Source: a virus (taxonomy: Duplodnaviria > Heunggongvirae > Uroviricota > Caudoviricetes). Taken from it: DNA of 41,341 nucleotides. Location: IMG/VR virus record IMGVR_UViG_2718217863_000002; one strand, given 5' to 3'. How positions within the stretch are numbered: the first letter of the stretch is position 1; each line of letters begins with the position of its first letter. The notes beneath the pieces were generated by a model. It was not told the origin of the DNA, made no database searches, and saw only the letters and a list, made by a program, of their open reading frames with translations. Shown piece by piece: positions 28,177 through 36,741 of this stretch. Made by a program: the position numbers and the translations under genes.

Positions 28177-28806
28177 CTATTTAGGGTTTCTTGATGCTTG
28201 CGTAGCTAAAAGCGCATACGCTGTCATGAAAATCATAGATATTAAATCAAAAGTCATCAGCATTCCATATAATAATAAAAAGATACTCAACACATGTGTA
28301 ATAAACCCAACCTGGAATAGTTTCAGAAAAAACTCACCCATCAGGACAACAGCATATACCATTAGAGGATAAGCCATATCGACAACCATTAACGATGCGC
28401 CAAATGTTTTATTTTTACCGTTATGTTTGATAAGATTTATTTTCTCAATGAATTGATTCGGAAGGGCAAAAACAACAACAAACACACCAATGCCAAAACC
28501 TAATATGCTCGGAAATATGGATAAAGCAACAAGGGTTGCGTCGAGACCTGCAGTGTTTGAGTTGGGATTGTAAAGCCCATCTCTGAAAAATGTCACAATC
28601 AACAAACTTAAAACAAAAGTAAATAAAACACCAGAAAGTACCCTCCGCACCCAATTTTTGAAATTTGCAATTCGCTTCCTTTCTGATAAAACTCCAGAAT
28701 TAGCATAAAAGTTGGCAATGATAAAAATTGCACCAACATATGGAATAGACTTAATTATTTTAAGTATATTCTCATGATTAATGTCCCATCCACCAACTTT
28801 CATCAT
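28177..28806 (-). CDS. polytopic membrane protein (4-5 predicted TM helices), second gene of the AT-rich module
   Basis: 209 aa; hydrophobic segments IPYVGAIFIIANFYA, VLSGVLFTFVLSLLIVTFF, ATLVALSIFPSILGFGIGVFVVVFALP, MVVDMAYPLMVYAVVLMGEFF, ITHVLSIFLLLYGMLMTF; start 1 nt after the upstream stop. Confidence 0.6.
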   Translation of the reverse strand: MMKVGGWDINHENILKIIKSIPYVGAIFIIANFYANSGVLSERKRIANFKNWVRRVLSGVLFTFVLSLLIVTFFRDGLYNPNSNTAGLDATLVALSIFPSILGFGIGVFVVVFALPNQFIEKINLIKHNGKNKTFGASLMVVDMAYPLMVYAVVLMGEFFLKLFQVGFITHVLSIFLLLYGMLMTFDLISMIFMTAYALLATQASRNPK

Positions 28807-28807
28807 A

Positions 28808-29743
28808 CTATCCTTTTCTAATTTTCTTTAGCAATCCACTTCCTGTTCTGGACTCATTATTAGCTGCATTAATTGTGTTTTTCACATCATAATAATAGTC
28901 TAAAATTGATGCCCTTTTTTTCATAGACTCAGACACACGTTTTCTTACAGGATAATCGGCCATTTTGAAAACTTTTTTCTTATTGCTTTTGTCTTTATAA
29001 GATATTTCAGTATTCCCAAACTTGCATGATAAACCTGCATAAACCAACGCGATTGTACTAACGTCAGTCATTATTGAGTCTTTGTCTGATGACTCTTTAT
29101 GCTCCAGCTTATCAATCCCTTTATCTTTCATTTCAGCCTCAACCCCCTCTAGCAATTCTTCTAGTCCTTCAATAAAATCATTAGAGTTAGAGAAAGTTAT
29201 TTCTGTTTTAAAGGAATAATATCCTTTAGACTCTTTTATAACATTATCTAGACTAGCAGAAGATGTTAATTCATCAACACTCATGCGAAAGGATGGATAT
29301 AATTTCCTGCGCGCATCTTTAAACACCTCATTAAGCACCTTATATAAAACACTTGCGCTAGGTAATGAAGGGCTATCTTCGATAGCAAGGATATGCAATA
29401 CAGGATCAAATACAAACCTATACTCATAAATCTTACTAGACTCGCCAAAACCAGCTGCATAAGTCTGAACTCTGCTAATAGTTTTTCTAACAACATCTAC
29501 CTTGTCAAACTTTAAAAAACGACCATAAACCATGTCCTCTCTAGCATTTATTTCATACGGAGCAAAAAAGAAATCATTCCTCAATGGAACAGCGATATTT
29601 CTTAAATCACCTTCCGATGACAAAACTTTGCGAAGTTTGTCTCCCAGATGCTGGAATAATTTAATATAACCCTCTTTACCAATATGTTTTTTACTATTGG
29701 TTAGAGGTAGCATCTGTATATTATAATATTTGTAAGTAGCCAT
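28808..29743 (-). CDS. hypothetical soluble protein, first gene of the AT-rich module
   Basis: 311 aa; ATG at 29743; charged, Lys-rich; no motif recognised. Confidence 0.6.
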   Translation of the reverse strand: MATYKYYNIQMLPLTNSKKHIGKEGYIKLFQHLGDKLRKVLSSEGDLRNIAVPLRNDFFFAPYEINAREDMVYGRFLKFDKVDVVRKTISRVQTYAAGFGESSKIYEYRFVFDPVLHILAIEDSPSLPSASVLYKVLNEVFKDARRKLYPSFRMSVDELTSSASLDNVIKESKGYYSFKTEITFSNSNDFIEGLEELLEGVEAEMKDKGIDKLEHKESSDKDSIMTDVSTIALVYAGLSCKFGNTEISYKDKSNKKKVFKMADYPVRKRVSESMKKRASILDYYYDVKNTINAANNESRTGSGLLKKIRKG

Positions 29744-29833
29744 AAATATCCATTGCTATGTGAGTGTAAACACACATCATAATTCAATGGATTTTGTAAC
29801 ACTTAGCAACGCAATGGATAATTGGGACTTGCG

Positions 29834-30052
29834 TCACATTTTTAGTTGGTTACAGTTTCTTTTAACTGTTCTGTTGTGGGTTAGAATGTCGCGCTTGGTC
29901 TGCCTATCCAGCACGTCGATATCGTGGTCGGTCAGGTAGATAATGCGAACCCAGCTGCAGGCCGTATCAACGACTACCGGGGCGGGTAAACTTTTCGCGC
30001 AGCTCCCGATCAACATCGTCATCAGGCATATGGCTAACAGTCTGCTGTACAT
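29834..30052 (-). CDS. candidate o-spanin (Rz1-like lipoprotein)
   Basis: 72 aa; MLIGSC lipobox, Pro-rich SLPAPVVV after the Cys; overlaps the 3' end of the Rz-like ORF in another frame. Confidence 0.4.
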   Translation of the reverse strand: MYSRLLAICLMTMLIGSCAKSLPAPVVVDTACSWVRIIYLTDHDIDVLDRQTKRDILTHNRTVKRNCNQLKM

Positions 30053-30242
30053 TACTGGCCCCTTTCACAACTTCCGCCTTACGTTCTGCCGCGGCGATGG
30101 TGGCGGCGGCGTTTTCTTCGGTACGTTGCTGATCGGCTTTGGCTTCCGCCTTATTGGTCCCGCGAGCGTGACCAATGCCGAATGCACCAGCGATAGTGCC
30201 CAGGATTACGACCACCAGCCCAGCAATAATTTCTAAGCTCAT
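29967..30242 (-). CDS. candidate i-spanin (Rz-like)
   Basis: 91 aa; N-terminal TM helix then charged Ala/Lys/Glu-rich region; ATGA overlap with the upstream lipoprotein gene. Confidence 0.45.
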   Translation of the reverse strand: MSLEIIAGLVVVILGTIAGAFGIGHARGTNKAEAKADQQRTEENAAATIAAAERKAEVVKGASNVQQTVSHMPDDDVDRELREKFTRPGSR

Positions 30243-30547
30243 CGTTCATCCCTTACTGATTGCGGAACCTTGCCAACCATCTGGCTATGCGAACCTACCT
30301 CGGAAATCCCAATACCGCTGATACCGATGTATTCCTGTCCGGTCTGCTTATCCTGAATGAGATAAACACCCCGCCAATTTCCATATGCAAGCCCATCGCG
30401 GAACTCAGACATTTTTGTCACGCTAATCCGGTCTGCATCTGCAGAAAGTTGGGATGATACAGCCATAGTCGATTTGGCAGGTTCAGGGCTGGCATCACAC
30501 GCAGAAAGAAGAAGCGCAAAAGCGACCACACATATTTTCAGTTGCAT
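30239..30547 (-). CDS. lipoprotein embedded in the lysis cassette
   Basis: MQLKICVVAFALLLSAC signal peptide with lipobox; 102 aa; coupled to endolysin upstream and Rz-like downstream. Confidence 0.5.
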   Translation of the reverse strand: MQLKICVVAFALLLSACDASPEPAKSTMAVSSQLSADADRISVTKMSEFRDGLAYGNWRGVYLIQDKQTGQEYIGISGIGISEVGSHSQMVGKVPQSVRDER

Positions 30548-30548
30548 G

Positions 30549-31178
30549 TCACACCACCAGTACCGATTTTGCTTTCAGGAAGCGAGCGCGCCGGTTATTA
30601 ATCCCGTTTTGTCCGCCGTTTATAATCTTCGTGACCCGGACAAGATCACCCGGATATTTCAAGCAACCTTTTGAGACATAGAACCATGCTGCACTACGGG
30701 CTGCGTAGGAGGACTGCTCCAGTAATTCTGGCTGTGCCACCAGATCAACCTTCAGCCCGTTGCCGCAGTCCCTGTAATTAGAAAGTCCGGTTATTTGAAT
30801 AAGTCCGCGCCCTCTATAAACCCATCCATCAGTTGCCCTGCTGTTACCCAACCGCTTGCTATAGACAATGTTGGCGATAGCCCGCTGGCGCTCCAGAGGT
30901 AACACAGTTTCCGACTGGCTGCGCCCGAGGGAATTGGCCTGATCCTGCGTTAACCTGCCGTAACGAACAAAATCAGCAAGCCCGGCGATGCTGTAGTTGA
31001 AATTCTCCACTACCCTGTTAAACCCGAGGCTTTCATGGCCGCACTGAGCAATGAACATTGCCTGGTCGATAGCGGAAGTGATGCCAAACTCTTTCATCGC
31101 GGCTGTAAAGTGCGGAAACCAGCGCGCAGCTAACCCGGCGCTGATACCAGCCGCCTTCTGGAATTGTGTTTGATTCAT
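30549..31178 (-). CDS. endolysin, GH19-like (chitinase-class lysozyme)
   Basis: 209 aa; FIAQCGHES ... GRGLIQITG; directly follows the holin genes. Confidence 0.75.
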   Translation of the reverse strand: MNQTQFQKAAGISAGLAARWFPHFTAAMKEFGITSAIDQAMFIAQCGHESLGFNRVVENFNYSIAGLADFVRYGRLTQDQANSLGRSQSETVLPLERQRAIANIVYSKRLGNSRATDGWVYRGRGLIQITGLSNYRDCGNGLKVDLVAQPELLEQSSYAARSAAWFYVSKGCLKYPGDLVRVTKIINGGQNGINNRRARFLKAKSVLVV

Positions 31179-31459
31179 TAGTGCCTCAGTGCATCAACCA
31201 GACGCGCTATATTCCCCCTGAACCAGAGAACCGCGCCGCAGATAAGAATGTTTGCCAGTACCACCAGCCAGTGGGATGACTCGTACAAGCCAAACAGGAA
31301 ACGGAAAGGGATGCTGGCATAAACCAGCACAGTGAAGTAAGCCATCAGCGATATCATGGGGCGGTGTCTTGACCCGTCGCGCCGGTAGAACATCAACGCA
31401 CCAACAATTACAGCGCATATCACCGCATTGACGATTGCGCTCGGATCACTTGTTACCAT
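31178..31459 (-). CDS. holin or antiholin-like small membrane protein
   Basis: Probable start MVTSDPS at 31459; predicted TM helices; overlaps the upstream holin end and the endolysin start. Confidence 0.5.
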   Translation of the reverse strand: MVTSDPSAIVNAVICAVIVGALMFYRRDGSRHRPMISLMAYFTVLVYASIPFRFLFGLYESSHWLVVLANILICGAVLWFRGNIARLVDALRH

Positions 31460-31841
31460 TGCTTGTCCCTCCTCCACGTAAGCGAGAGAGAATCCCAAAC
31501 AGGCTACCCAGATCCTGACTGTTAACGAACGTCAGCAATTTAATGGCTATTGCTGCAACGATTACAGCACCGAGAGCATCAAGCGGCCTGTCACTGTACC
31601 CCGTCCACTTTGAGAAGTAAGACCCCAGCAGAGGAGCACCAATCACACCGAAGATGAATGAAGTTATGAAGTAGCCCACCAGCTTTAGGCGGCTGATATT
31701 TACCGCCGTCGCGACATAGAACACTGCCCCAGCGAACGCACCAAATACCACGCCATAATCAATGCCAGTTGCAAGGCCGAACATACTGGCCCCCATCAGC
31801 CCGCCAGCAGCTACCGTTGTGCCAGAAACAGGATCGGACAT
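31446..31841 (-). CDS. holin
   Basis: 131 aa with several predicted TM helices, first gene of the lysis cassette after Q. Confidence 0.6.
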   Translation of the reverse strand: MSDPVSGTTVAAGGLMGASMFGLATGIDYGVVFGAFAGAVFYVATAVNISRLKLVGYFITSFIFGVIGAPLLGSYFSKWTGYSDRPLDALGAVIVAAIAIKLLTFVNSQDLGSLFGILSRLRGGGTSNGNK

Positions 31842-31970
31842 TTAGCCCCCTCTTTTTGCTGTGAGTCCTCTCAATCGAGGGGAAAGATAAATTCTATTTA
31901 CTTGAATACCGTATGTACTTCTAAGGGTATACTTAGGATCTTTACGTTCGATTTAACACTGGAGCAAGAA

Positions 31971-32567
31971 ATGACCAGTTCAGAACTTTTGGAATTGATC
32001 AAAAAAGATGTAAGTGATGTAAAGCAACAAGGTTCAGAAACCATCCCGGTCGATAATTTACTTCACTATCTTTCAGAAATAGATGTGACAGAGCAGCCAG
32101 AGGCTAATGCTTTAACTCTCGAAGGGATTAAACATCAAAACTCCACCCAATTGGAAATAATGAAAATTGAAAATAGCTTTCAAATAGAGTCTTTCAAAGC
32201 TGCTATCAGTATTGGTGCGAATGCTTGCAGAACATTTCTAATAATGAATGGAGGTGCAGCAATCGCTCTGTTGGCTTTTTTAGGAAATATTTGGAACAAG
32301 AATTCCTCAGCTGAAGCTGCGTCTGCTATCGCATCAGCTCTCTATCTTTTCTGTGGAGGAGTCGTTCTGGCCGGACTTTGTTCGGGCTTATCCTATTTCT
32401 CACAGTGCTGCTTCGCATCATCATATCTTGGAACCAAAAAATTTTATCTTTGGCTCGGGCATACAATAAATGCTGTAGCTTGTATATGCGGCGCCGGTTC
32501 CATCTTCATATTTGCTTATGGTTCCTATTGTGCTTATCAATCAATGATTGCTCAGTTAGTAAAATAA
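31971..32567 (+). CDS. membrane-anchored hypothetical protein (opposite-strand insert at the Q-holin junction)
   Basis: ATG at 31971 with GGAG RBS (MTSSELLELIKK...); soluble N-terminal ~100 aa then about three hydrophobic segments; AT-rich; own terminator. Confidence 0.5.
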   Translation: MTSSELLELIKKDVSDVKQQGSETIPVDNLLHYLSEIDVTEQPEANALTLEGIKHQNSTQLEIMKIENSFQIESFKAAISIGANACRTFLIMNGGAAIALLAFLGNIWNKNSSAEAASAIASALYLFCGGVVLAGLCSGLSYFSQCCFASSYLGTKKFYLWLGHTINAVACICGAGSIFIFAYGSYCAYQSMIAQLVK

Positions 32568-32570
32568 AAA

Positions 32571-32599
32571 AACCCGCTCATTGGCGGGTTTATGTTTTG
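32571..32599 (+). terminator. rho-independent terminator
   Basis: AACCCGC-tcattgg-GCGGGTT then TATGTTTTG immediately after the stop. Confidence 0.55.
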
Positions 32600-32642
32600 T
32601 TCTGCTGCTCAGTTCGCTTTAACGTCCCGAGCCTATCACAAT

Positions 32643-33221
32643 TCAAGCAGTTTCTGGCTCACTTTGCAAGTAAAATCTGTCGCGATTTGTGCCGAATGCG
32701 TCACACATTGGTGCGTACAGCATCGATTCTGCCAAACTTATCCATGCATCAACTCTTCTCCTACAGGTCATAAAGCACCAGTCAGGATGCTTTTCATAGA
32801 GCTCTTCCGCTATGCGGCGTTTGCTCTTCCGTAACCGGTAATGCTCCACCAGCAGGTGATACAGCTCTTTGTGACCACCCGTAATAAGGACTGCCCCCAG
32901 TACCTTATCAATCAGCAGTCCTTCATCGTCTGTACAGAAGGCCAGGCCGCTTTTGTTTTTCCCCGCGAGTATTTCACGAAAAAACGCCTCAAGCTCAGGC
33001 TTCGAGATGCCAGACTTCTTCATCCGGCGTAATGCTTCGTTGATGGCTGTTTTAGTGACTTTCCCGGAAGCCAGTAACTGGTTAAACATATTGCCGCCAC
33101 TACCGCCGCCGATGTAAGACCAGCGGCCCCACATGCGCAGCTTCCCCTGAATCCAGATGGCCTCCAGCGTTTTCAGCCTGACCATTTCACCAGCTTTTCC
33201 AACCTCGGACGGGTTAATCAT
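32643..33221 (-). CDS. putative late antitermination protein (Q-like)
   Basis: ATG at 33221 with GGAGAA RBS (MINPSEVG...); RMWGRW motif resembles the RWGAW motif of some Q proteins; position directly upstream of the lysis genes. Confidence 0.45.
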   Translation of the reverse strand: MINPSEVGKAGEMVRLKTLEAIWIQGKLRMWGRWSYIGGGSGGNMFNQLLASGKVTKTAINEALRRMKKSGISKPELEAFFREILAGKNKSGLAFCTDDEGLLIDKVLGAVLITGGHKELYHLLVEHYRLRKSKRRIAEELYEKHPDWCFMTCRRRVDAWISLAESMLYAPMCDAFGTNRDRFYLQSEPETA

Positions 33222-33234
33222 TATGCGTTCTCCA

Positions 33235-34215
33235 CTATGCCAGCACGCCAATTGCCAGCGAACGATCCAGAAATCGAAACAGCAGCTCAAGCTGTGAGCC
33301 GTACTTCTCCTCAAATGCCACGGTGTCAGCGTGCAACTCGTCGTGATGTGCTCTGCAAAGCGGCAACACAAACAGGTCATGCGCTTTTGTTCCCATTCCA
33401 CCTTGTCCGTGGCCTATCAGGTGATGGGGATCATCTGCTGGTTTGTTACAGCAGACACACTGCTGGGACTTAACCCAGCGCGTCCAGCTCTCGTTTACCC
33501 AGCGGCGGCGCTTTGGTCGCAGCATGAATGATTCCGGCGTTTCAGGATCTACGCGAAGACCGAGAATCTTTTTCTGTACCACTTCGCTCGCCGCTGGCTC
33601 CGGCACAATATCGCTCTCCTTCATCACTGGTTGATGCTTTATTTCCGGCAATCGCAGGGCTTTCCGGGCCAGCGATTCAGGGATGACGTGCGCCAGATTG
33701 TTTATCACCAGCCACCAGCACAACTCCGGGATCGTCAGTTGATGGTCTTCGTTGAACCCCAGCTGTGAGCGGATGACCGTTATCAGCCAGGATACCAGGT
33801 TCTCACGCGCAATGCCTGCCAGCGTCTCTGTGTACTGATCACGCAGCAGGTTATCGCAGGCCCAGCAAAGGCGGATGCTGCCAGGCTCATGCCGGAACAG
33901 CGTAAAATTTTCGCTGTGCCATGAGCCGTGGGGATACTGGCATTCAAAACGACGCTCCAGCTCGGCCTCCAGCGAGCTAATACCACCCGCGCGCAGAATG
34001 ACGTCTTTGTTTTCGAGTACTGGTATCAAAACTGGGTCTTCTGCCAGTGGCTGCGTAGCGGGAGGAATGACGCCGGTTGCATAGTCGCTGTATTTTTCCG
34101 GTGCAGGCTCAATCAGTACCCGCCCTCTCCTGAACATCGGCATGAGATCAGCACCTGGGCGAAGCAGAACAACGCCCATGCGTGGGGCAATCTCAGGGGT
34201 TAGTAGTGCTCTCAT
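33235..34215 (-). CDS. phage protein with C-terminal Cys/His-rich HNH-like motif (DUF968-like)
   Basis: 326 aa; C-terminal CVCCNKPADDPHHLIGHGQGGMGTKAHDLFVLPLCRAHHDELH. Confidence 0.4.
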   Translation of the reverse strand: MRALLTPEIAPRMGVVLLRPGADLMPMFRRGRVLIEPAPEKYSDYATGVIPPATQPLAEDPVLIPVLENKDVILRAGGISSLEAELERRFECQYPHGSWHSENFTLFRHEPGSIRLCWACDNLLRDQYTETLAGIARENLVSWLITVIRSQLGFNEDHQLTIPELCWWLVINNLAHVIPESLARKALRLPEIKHQPVMKESDIVPEPAASEVVQKKILGLRVDPETPESFMLRPKRRRWVNESWTRWVKSQQCVCCNKPADDPHHLIGHGQGGMGTKAHDLFVLPLCRAHHDELHADTVAFEEKYGSQLELLFRFLDRSLAIGVLA

Positions 34216-34227
34216 ATCATCTCCACG

Positions 34228-34605
34228 TCAGGCAGCTGCACGAAAACGACGGATAGTGATTTCTACTTTCCCTTTCTTCACGATGTTCCCCCACTCCACC
34301 AGCATGCGCTTAACCTGACTGTCGTCTTCCCAGACGCCTGTTAGAGTCAGGGCATCGAACAGCGCTTTGTTGTAGTTATCGATATCCCGACGGCGCTGAT
34401 CCGGCGGATACAACACTATGTGAACCTCGGCCAGATCAGAGGATGGCCGGGGAACGGCCCGCAGTTGCTCAATAATCGCCGCTCTCGCTGCCTGCTGGAA
34501 CTTGCGCCCTGTCTCGCTTACCAGATGCCTGCCTTTCAGCGGTCCCTTGCTCGGGGCGCGCCAGTAACTATTTACGCTCGGTGGAAATGGTAAAGTCAGT
34601 TTCAT
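34228..34605 (-). CDS. rusA: Holliday junction resolvase RusA
   Basis: 125 aa; MKLTLPFPPSVNSYWR start, Asp-rich catalytic region (PPDQRRRDIDN). Confidence 0.8.
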   Translation of the reverse strand: MKLTLPFPPSVNSYWRAPSKGPLKGRHLVSETGRKFQQAARAAIIEQLRAVPRPSSDLAEVHIVLYPPDQRRRDIDNYNKALFDALTLTGVWEDDSQVKRMLVEWGNIVKKGKVEITIRRFRAAA

Positions 34606-34614
34606 TTAGCCCCC

Positions 34615-35424
34615 TTAAAGGATCGCGACAACGTCTTTTGCGACTTCCCGCGTACTGCTTTTGCAGGAAATCGAACGGCGCGCTTTGATGAATTGCAGGT
34701 TAAAACCATGCTCCCGGTACAGGTCGAGAACCTTCGGTGCAGATGAGTTAGAAATCACTACCCGAGCGCCACGGTGAAAGGCAGATACGCATTGCTTCGC
34801 CAGGTCCACCTGGTTCTCCCAGCTAAAACCACCAGCGGCATAGGCGGTGAATCCGGTTGTTCCCGGCATCGGTTCGTAAGGCGGATCGCAGTAAACCACA
34901 TCCCCTTTCCCGGCCAGGCTGATTGTCCGGCGGTAATCAGCGGTCATGAAGACGCAGTTATGCGCCATAGCGGCGAAGGATTTCATTTCGACCAGCGGGT
35001 AATACGGCGCCTTGTAGCCTCCCCATCCCACATTGAACTTGTTCGCCTGGTTGTAGCGCATCAGGCCATTGAAACAATGCCGGTTGAGATACAGGAATGC
35101 AGCTGCGCGTTCAGTAGCATCCAGCGTCTGAGCGTTGAACTCGGAACGGATCAGCTCATAGCCATCTGGTGACCGCATGTGCTCGAACATCCAGCGGGCC
35201 TTCAATTCCACTTCATCCGGCACGACCGCTAACATCTGATACAGATTAATCAGGTCCGGGTTAACGTCCGCCAGCAGATAATCTGCGTGCTTATCGCTGT
35301 TCAGGAATACCGACCCACCACCAACGAATGGCTCTATCAGGCGTTTCCCTGCCGGGATATGCACGAACAGGTCAGCCAGCTGGGTATACTTTCCACCTGC
35401 CCATTTCAGAAATGGCTTGCTCAT
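34615..35424 (-). CDS. Dam-family DNA N6-adenine methyltransferase
   Basis: FVGGGSV (AdoMet site) and DPPY catalytic motif; 269 aa. Confidence 0.85.
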   Translation of the reverse strand: MSKPFLKWAGGKYTQLADLFVHIPAGKRLIEPFVGGGSVFLNSDKHADYLLADVNPDLINLYQMLAVVPDEVELKARWMFEHMRSPDGYELIRSEFNAQTLDATERAAAFLYLNRHCFNGLMRYNQANKFNVGWGGYKAPYYPLVEMKSFAAMAHNCVFMTADYRRTISLAGKGDVVYCDPPYEPMPGTTGFTAYAAGGFSWENQVDLAKQCVSAFHRGARVVISNSSAPKVLDLYREHGFNLQFIKARRSISCKSSTREVAKDVVAIL

Positions 35425-36335
35425 GAACGGAACCCCGCTGGCACTGAATAATCCACGTCGGAATAACTGGACTTGAACGCCGTGTCTTGTTTAACCCACT
35501 TTCCGCCAGTCCAGGCTGGGCGCCCGGCTGCTTCCCATTTTTTGGCCTTGTCGAAATACTCGACGCAGTTCTCGGGAGCAAACAGCGTTTTGGGCCGCAG
35601 GTAGTCGCTCATCTTCGGATCCTGAGCCCATTTCTCGTTCAGGTAGTCAACCACCAGCATCAGGTCTTTAGGGCTGTAATCTTCGGCCAGGCGTCCCCGG
35701 ATATAACCCAGCGTCGTTTTGGTTCGTCCCCCCTTGCCATAGGTCGAGTTGGTTACCCGATTGAAATGATCCAGAACGAGTTCTGCCGGATCGGTCTGGT
35801 CTGGTTGCAGCGCAACCGGACAAGAGTCTTTACCTGTAATCTCTGTAGTACTCTCTGTTGTATTCTCTGTAAGATCATCGTGCCAATTTGACCTGATGAC
35901 AGCGGTTCGTTTTGACCCGGTGGAGCGTTTCACAATGACCTCTTCCATCGTGTCATTTTGACCTGATGGAACGGCGCATTTTGACTTCTTCGATTTGGTC
36001 ACTTTGACCTCATCTAAAAGCTCACTCTCGTAGTTGATCGTGTAGTAGTTCGTCATGTCGCGTTGGGACTTGTTCAGCTGCTCAACTTTAAGCACGCCCA
36101 GGCTCTTCAGCCGGGTGAAGGTGCGCTTCAGAGTGGATTCAGACCAGAACGGGAATTGCTCCAGCCATTGCTCTGTCGTGTTGTAGATCCAGCGTACGCC
36201 GTCACGCTCCAGCCCTGAGTTAGTCTCCTGCAGCCAGTAGTTAAGCTGCTGCAGCGCAATGGCTTCATTCAGGCCTATGCTGTACGCAAGGTCAGGATTG
36301 ATGACTATCGGCCTTGATGGCATTAACAGGCTCAT
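35421..36335 (-). CDS. replication initiation protein (lambda O-like role) with internal origin iterons
   Basis: 304 aa; N-terminal HTH-like domain, central low-complexity linker encoded by the iterons, conserved C-terminal domain. Confidence 0.65.
   Translation of the reverse strand: MSLLMPSRPIVINPDLAYSIGLNEAIALQQLNYWLQETNSGLERDGVRWIYNTTEQWLEQFPFWSESTLKRTFTRLKSLGVLKVEQLNKSQRDMTNYYTINYESELLDEVKVTKSKKSKCAVPSGQNDTMEEVIVKRSTGSKRTAVIRSNWHDDLTENTTESTTEITGKDSCPVALQPDQTDPAELVLDHFNRVTNSTYGKGGRTKTTLGYIRGRLAEDYSPKDLMLVVDYLNEKWAQDPKMSDYLRPKTLFAPENCVEYFDKAKKWEAAGRPAWTGGKWVKQDTAFKSSYSDVDYSVPAGFRS
35887..36009. repeat. origin iterons: six TTTGACC-type repeats at ~23-bp spacing
   Basis: TTTGACC (or AATGACC / TTTGACT) at 35887, 35911, 35934, 35957, 35979, 36003; preceded by a (CTCTGT)n-like tract. 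Confidence 0.6.
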
Positions 36336-36504
36336 AAGACCCCTCTATTTCCCTGAATTTTCGTCTGAACTGCTCGAGGGGGCTGAAACACTCGTGCTTA
36401 TACCCTTCGCGCAGGTATATAACGCGCTGTGTCTGGGGCTCCCAGCGTATGACCCTGACCGGGACACCGTAGTGATCTCTGAACCATCGGTTAAGTTCTC
36501 GCAT
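36292..36504 (-). CDS. possible small protein upstream of the replication gene
   Basis: ORF track, 70 aa; overlaps the replication gene start and a competing ORF. Confidence 0.25.
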   Translation of the reverse strand: MRELNRWFRDHYGVPVRVIRWEPQTQRVIYLREGYKHECFSPLEQFRRKFREIEGSYEPVNAIKADSHQS

Positions 36505-36741
36505 ACTTTCTCCGCCTGGCCGTTAAAGTCCCCTACCACCCACTGAGCAAACTGGTAGCAGACAGGTTCGAACCCGCCTGGTACTCTTACCCCATACACG
36601 AACTGCACCGGTCCTGCTCCACCAGGAACTGGCCGCGCTACAAGTTGCGACCTGCGGTACTGTGTTGATAAACTGTTCATGCGTTAGTAATCTCCACTGA
36701 TAACGACACGCCACGACGCCAGGAGCTGCAACTCGCTGGCG

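Noticed and set aside
27608-29743. Assignment of the AT-rich module to Kiwa (KwaA/KwaB) or RexAB
   Set aside because: Only the soluble-plus-membrane architecture is similar; Kiwa has the membrane gene first, the sizes differ from RexAB, and no alignment could be run, so a family name would be unsupported.
35887-36009. Direct repeats considered as a possible CRISPR array or tandem-repeat locus
   Set aside because: Repeat units are 7-13 bp with ~23 bp period, lie inside a CDS and have no cas genes nearby; they fit origin iterons, not CRISPR.
36345-36680. 111-aa minus-strand ORF between the CII-like and replication genes
   Set aside because: Low-complexity Ser/Gly/Pro-rich product that overlaps the competing 36292-36504 ORF in another frame; no basis to choose it, so not annotated.
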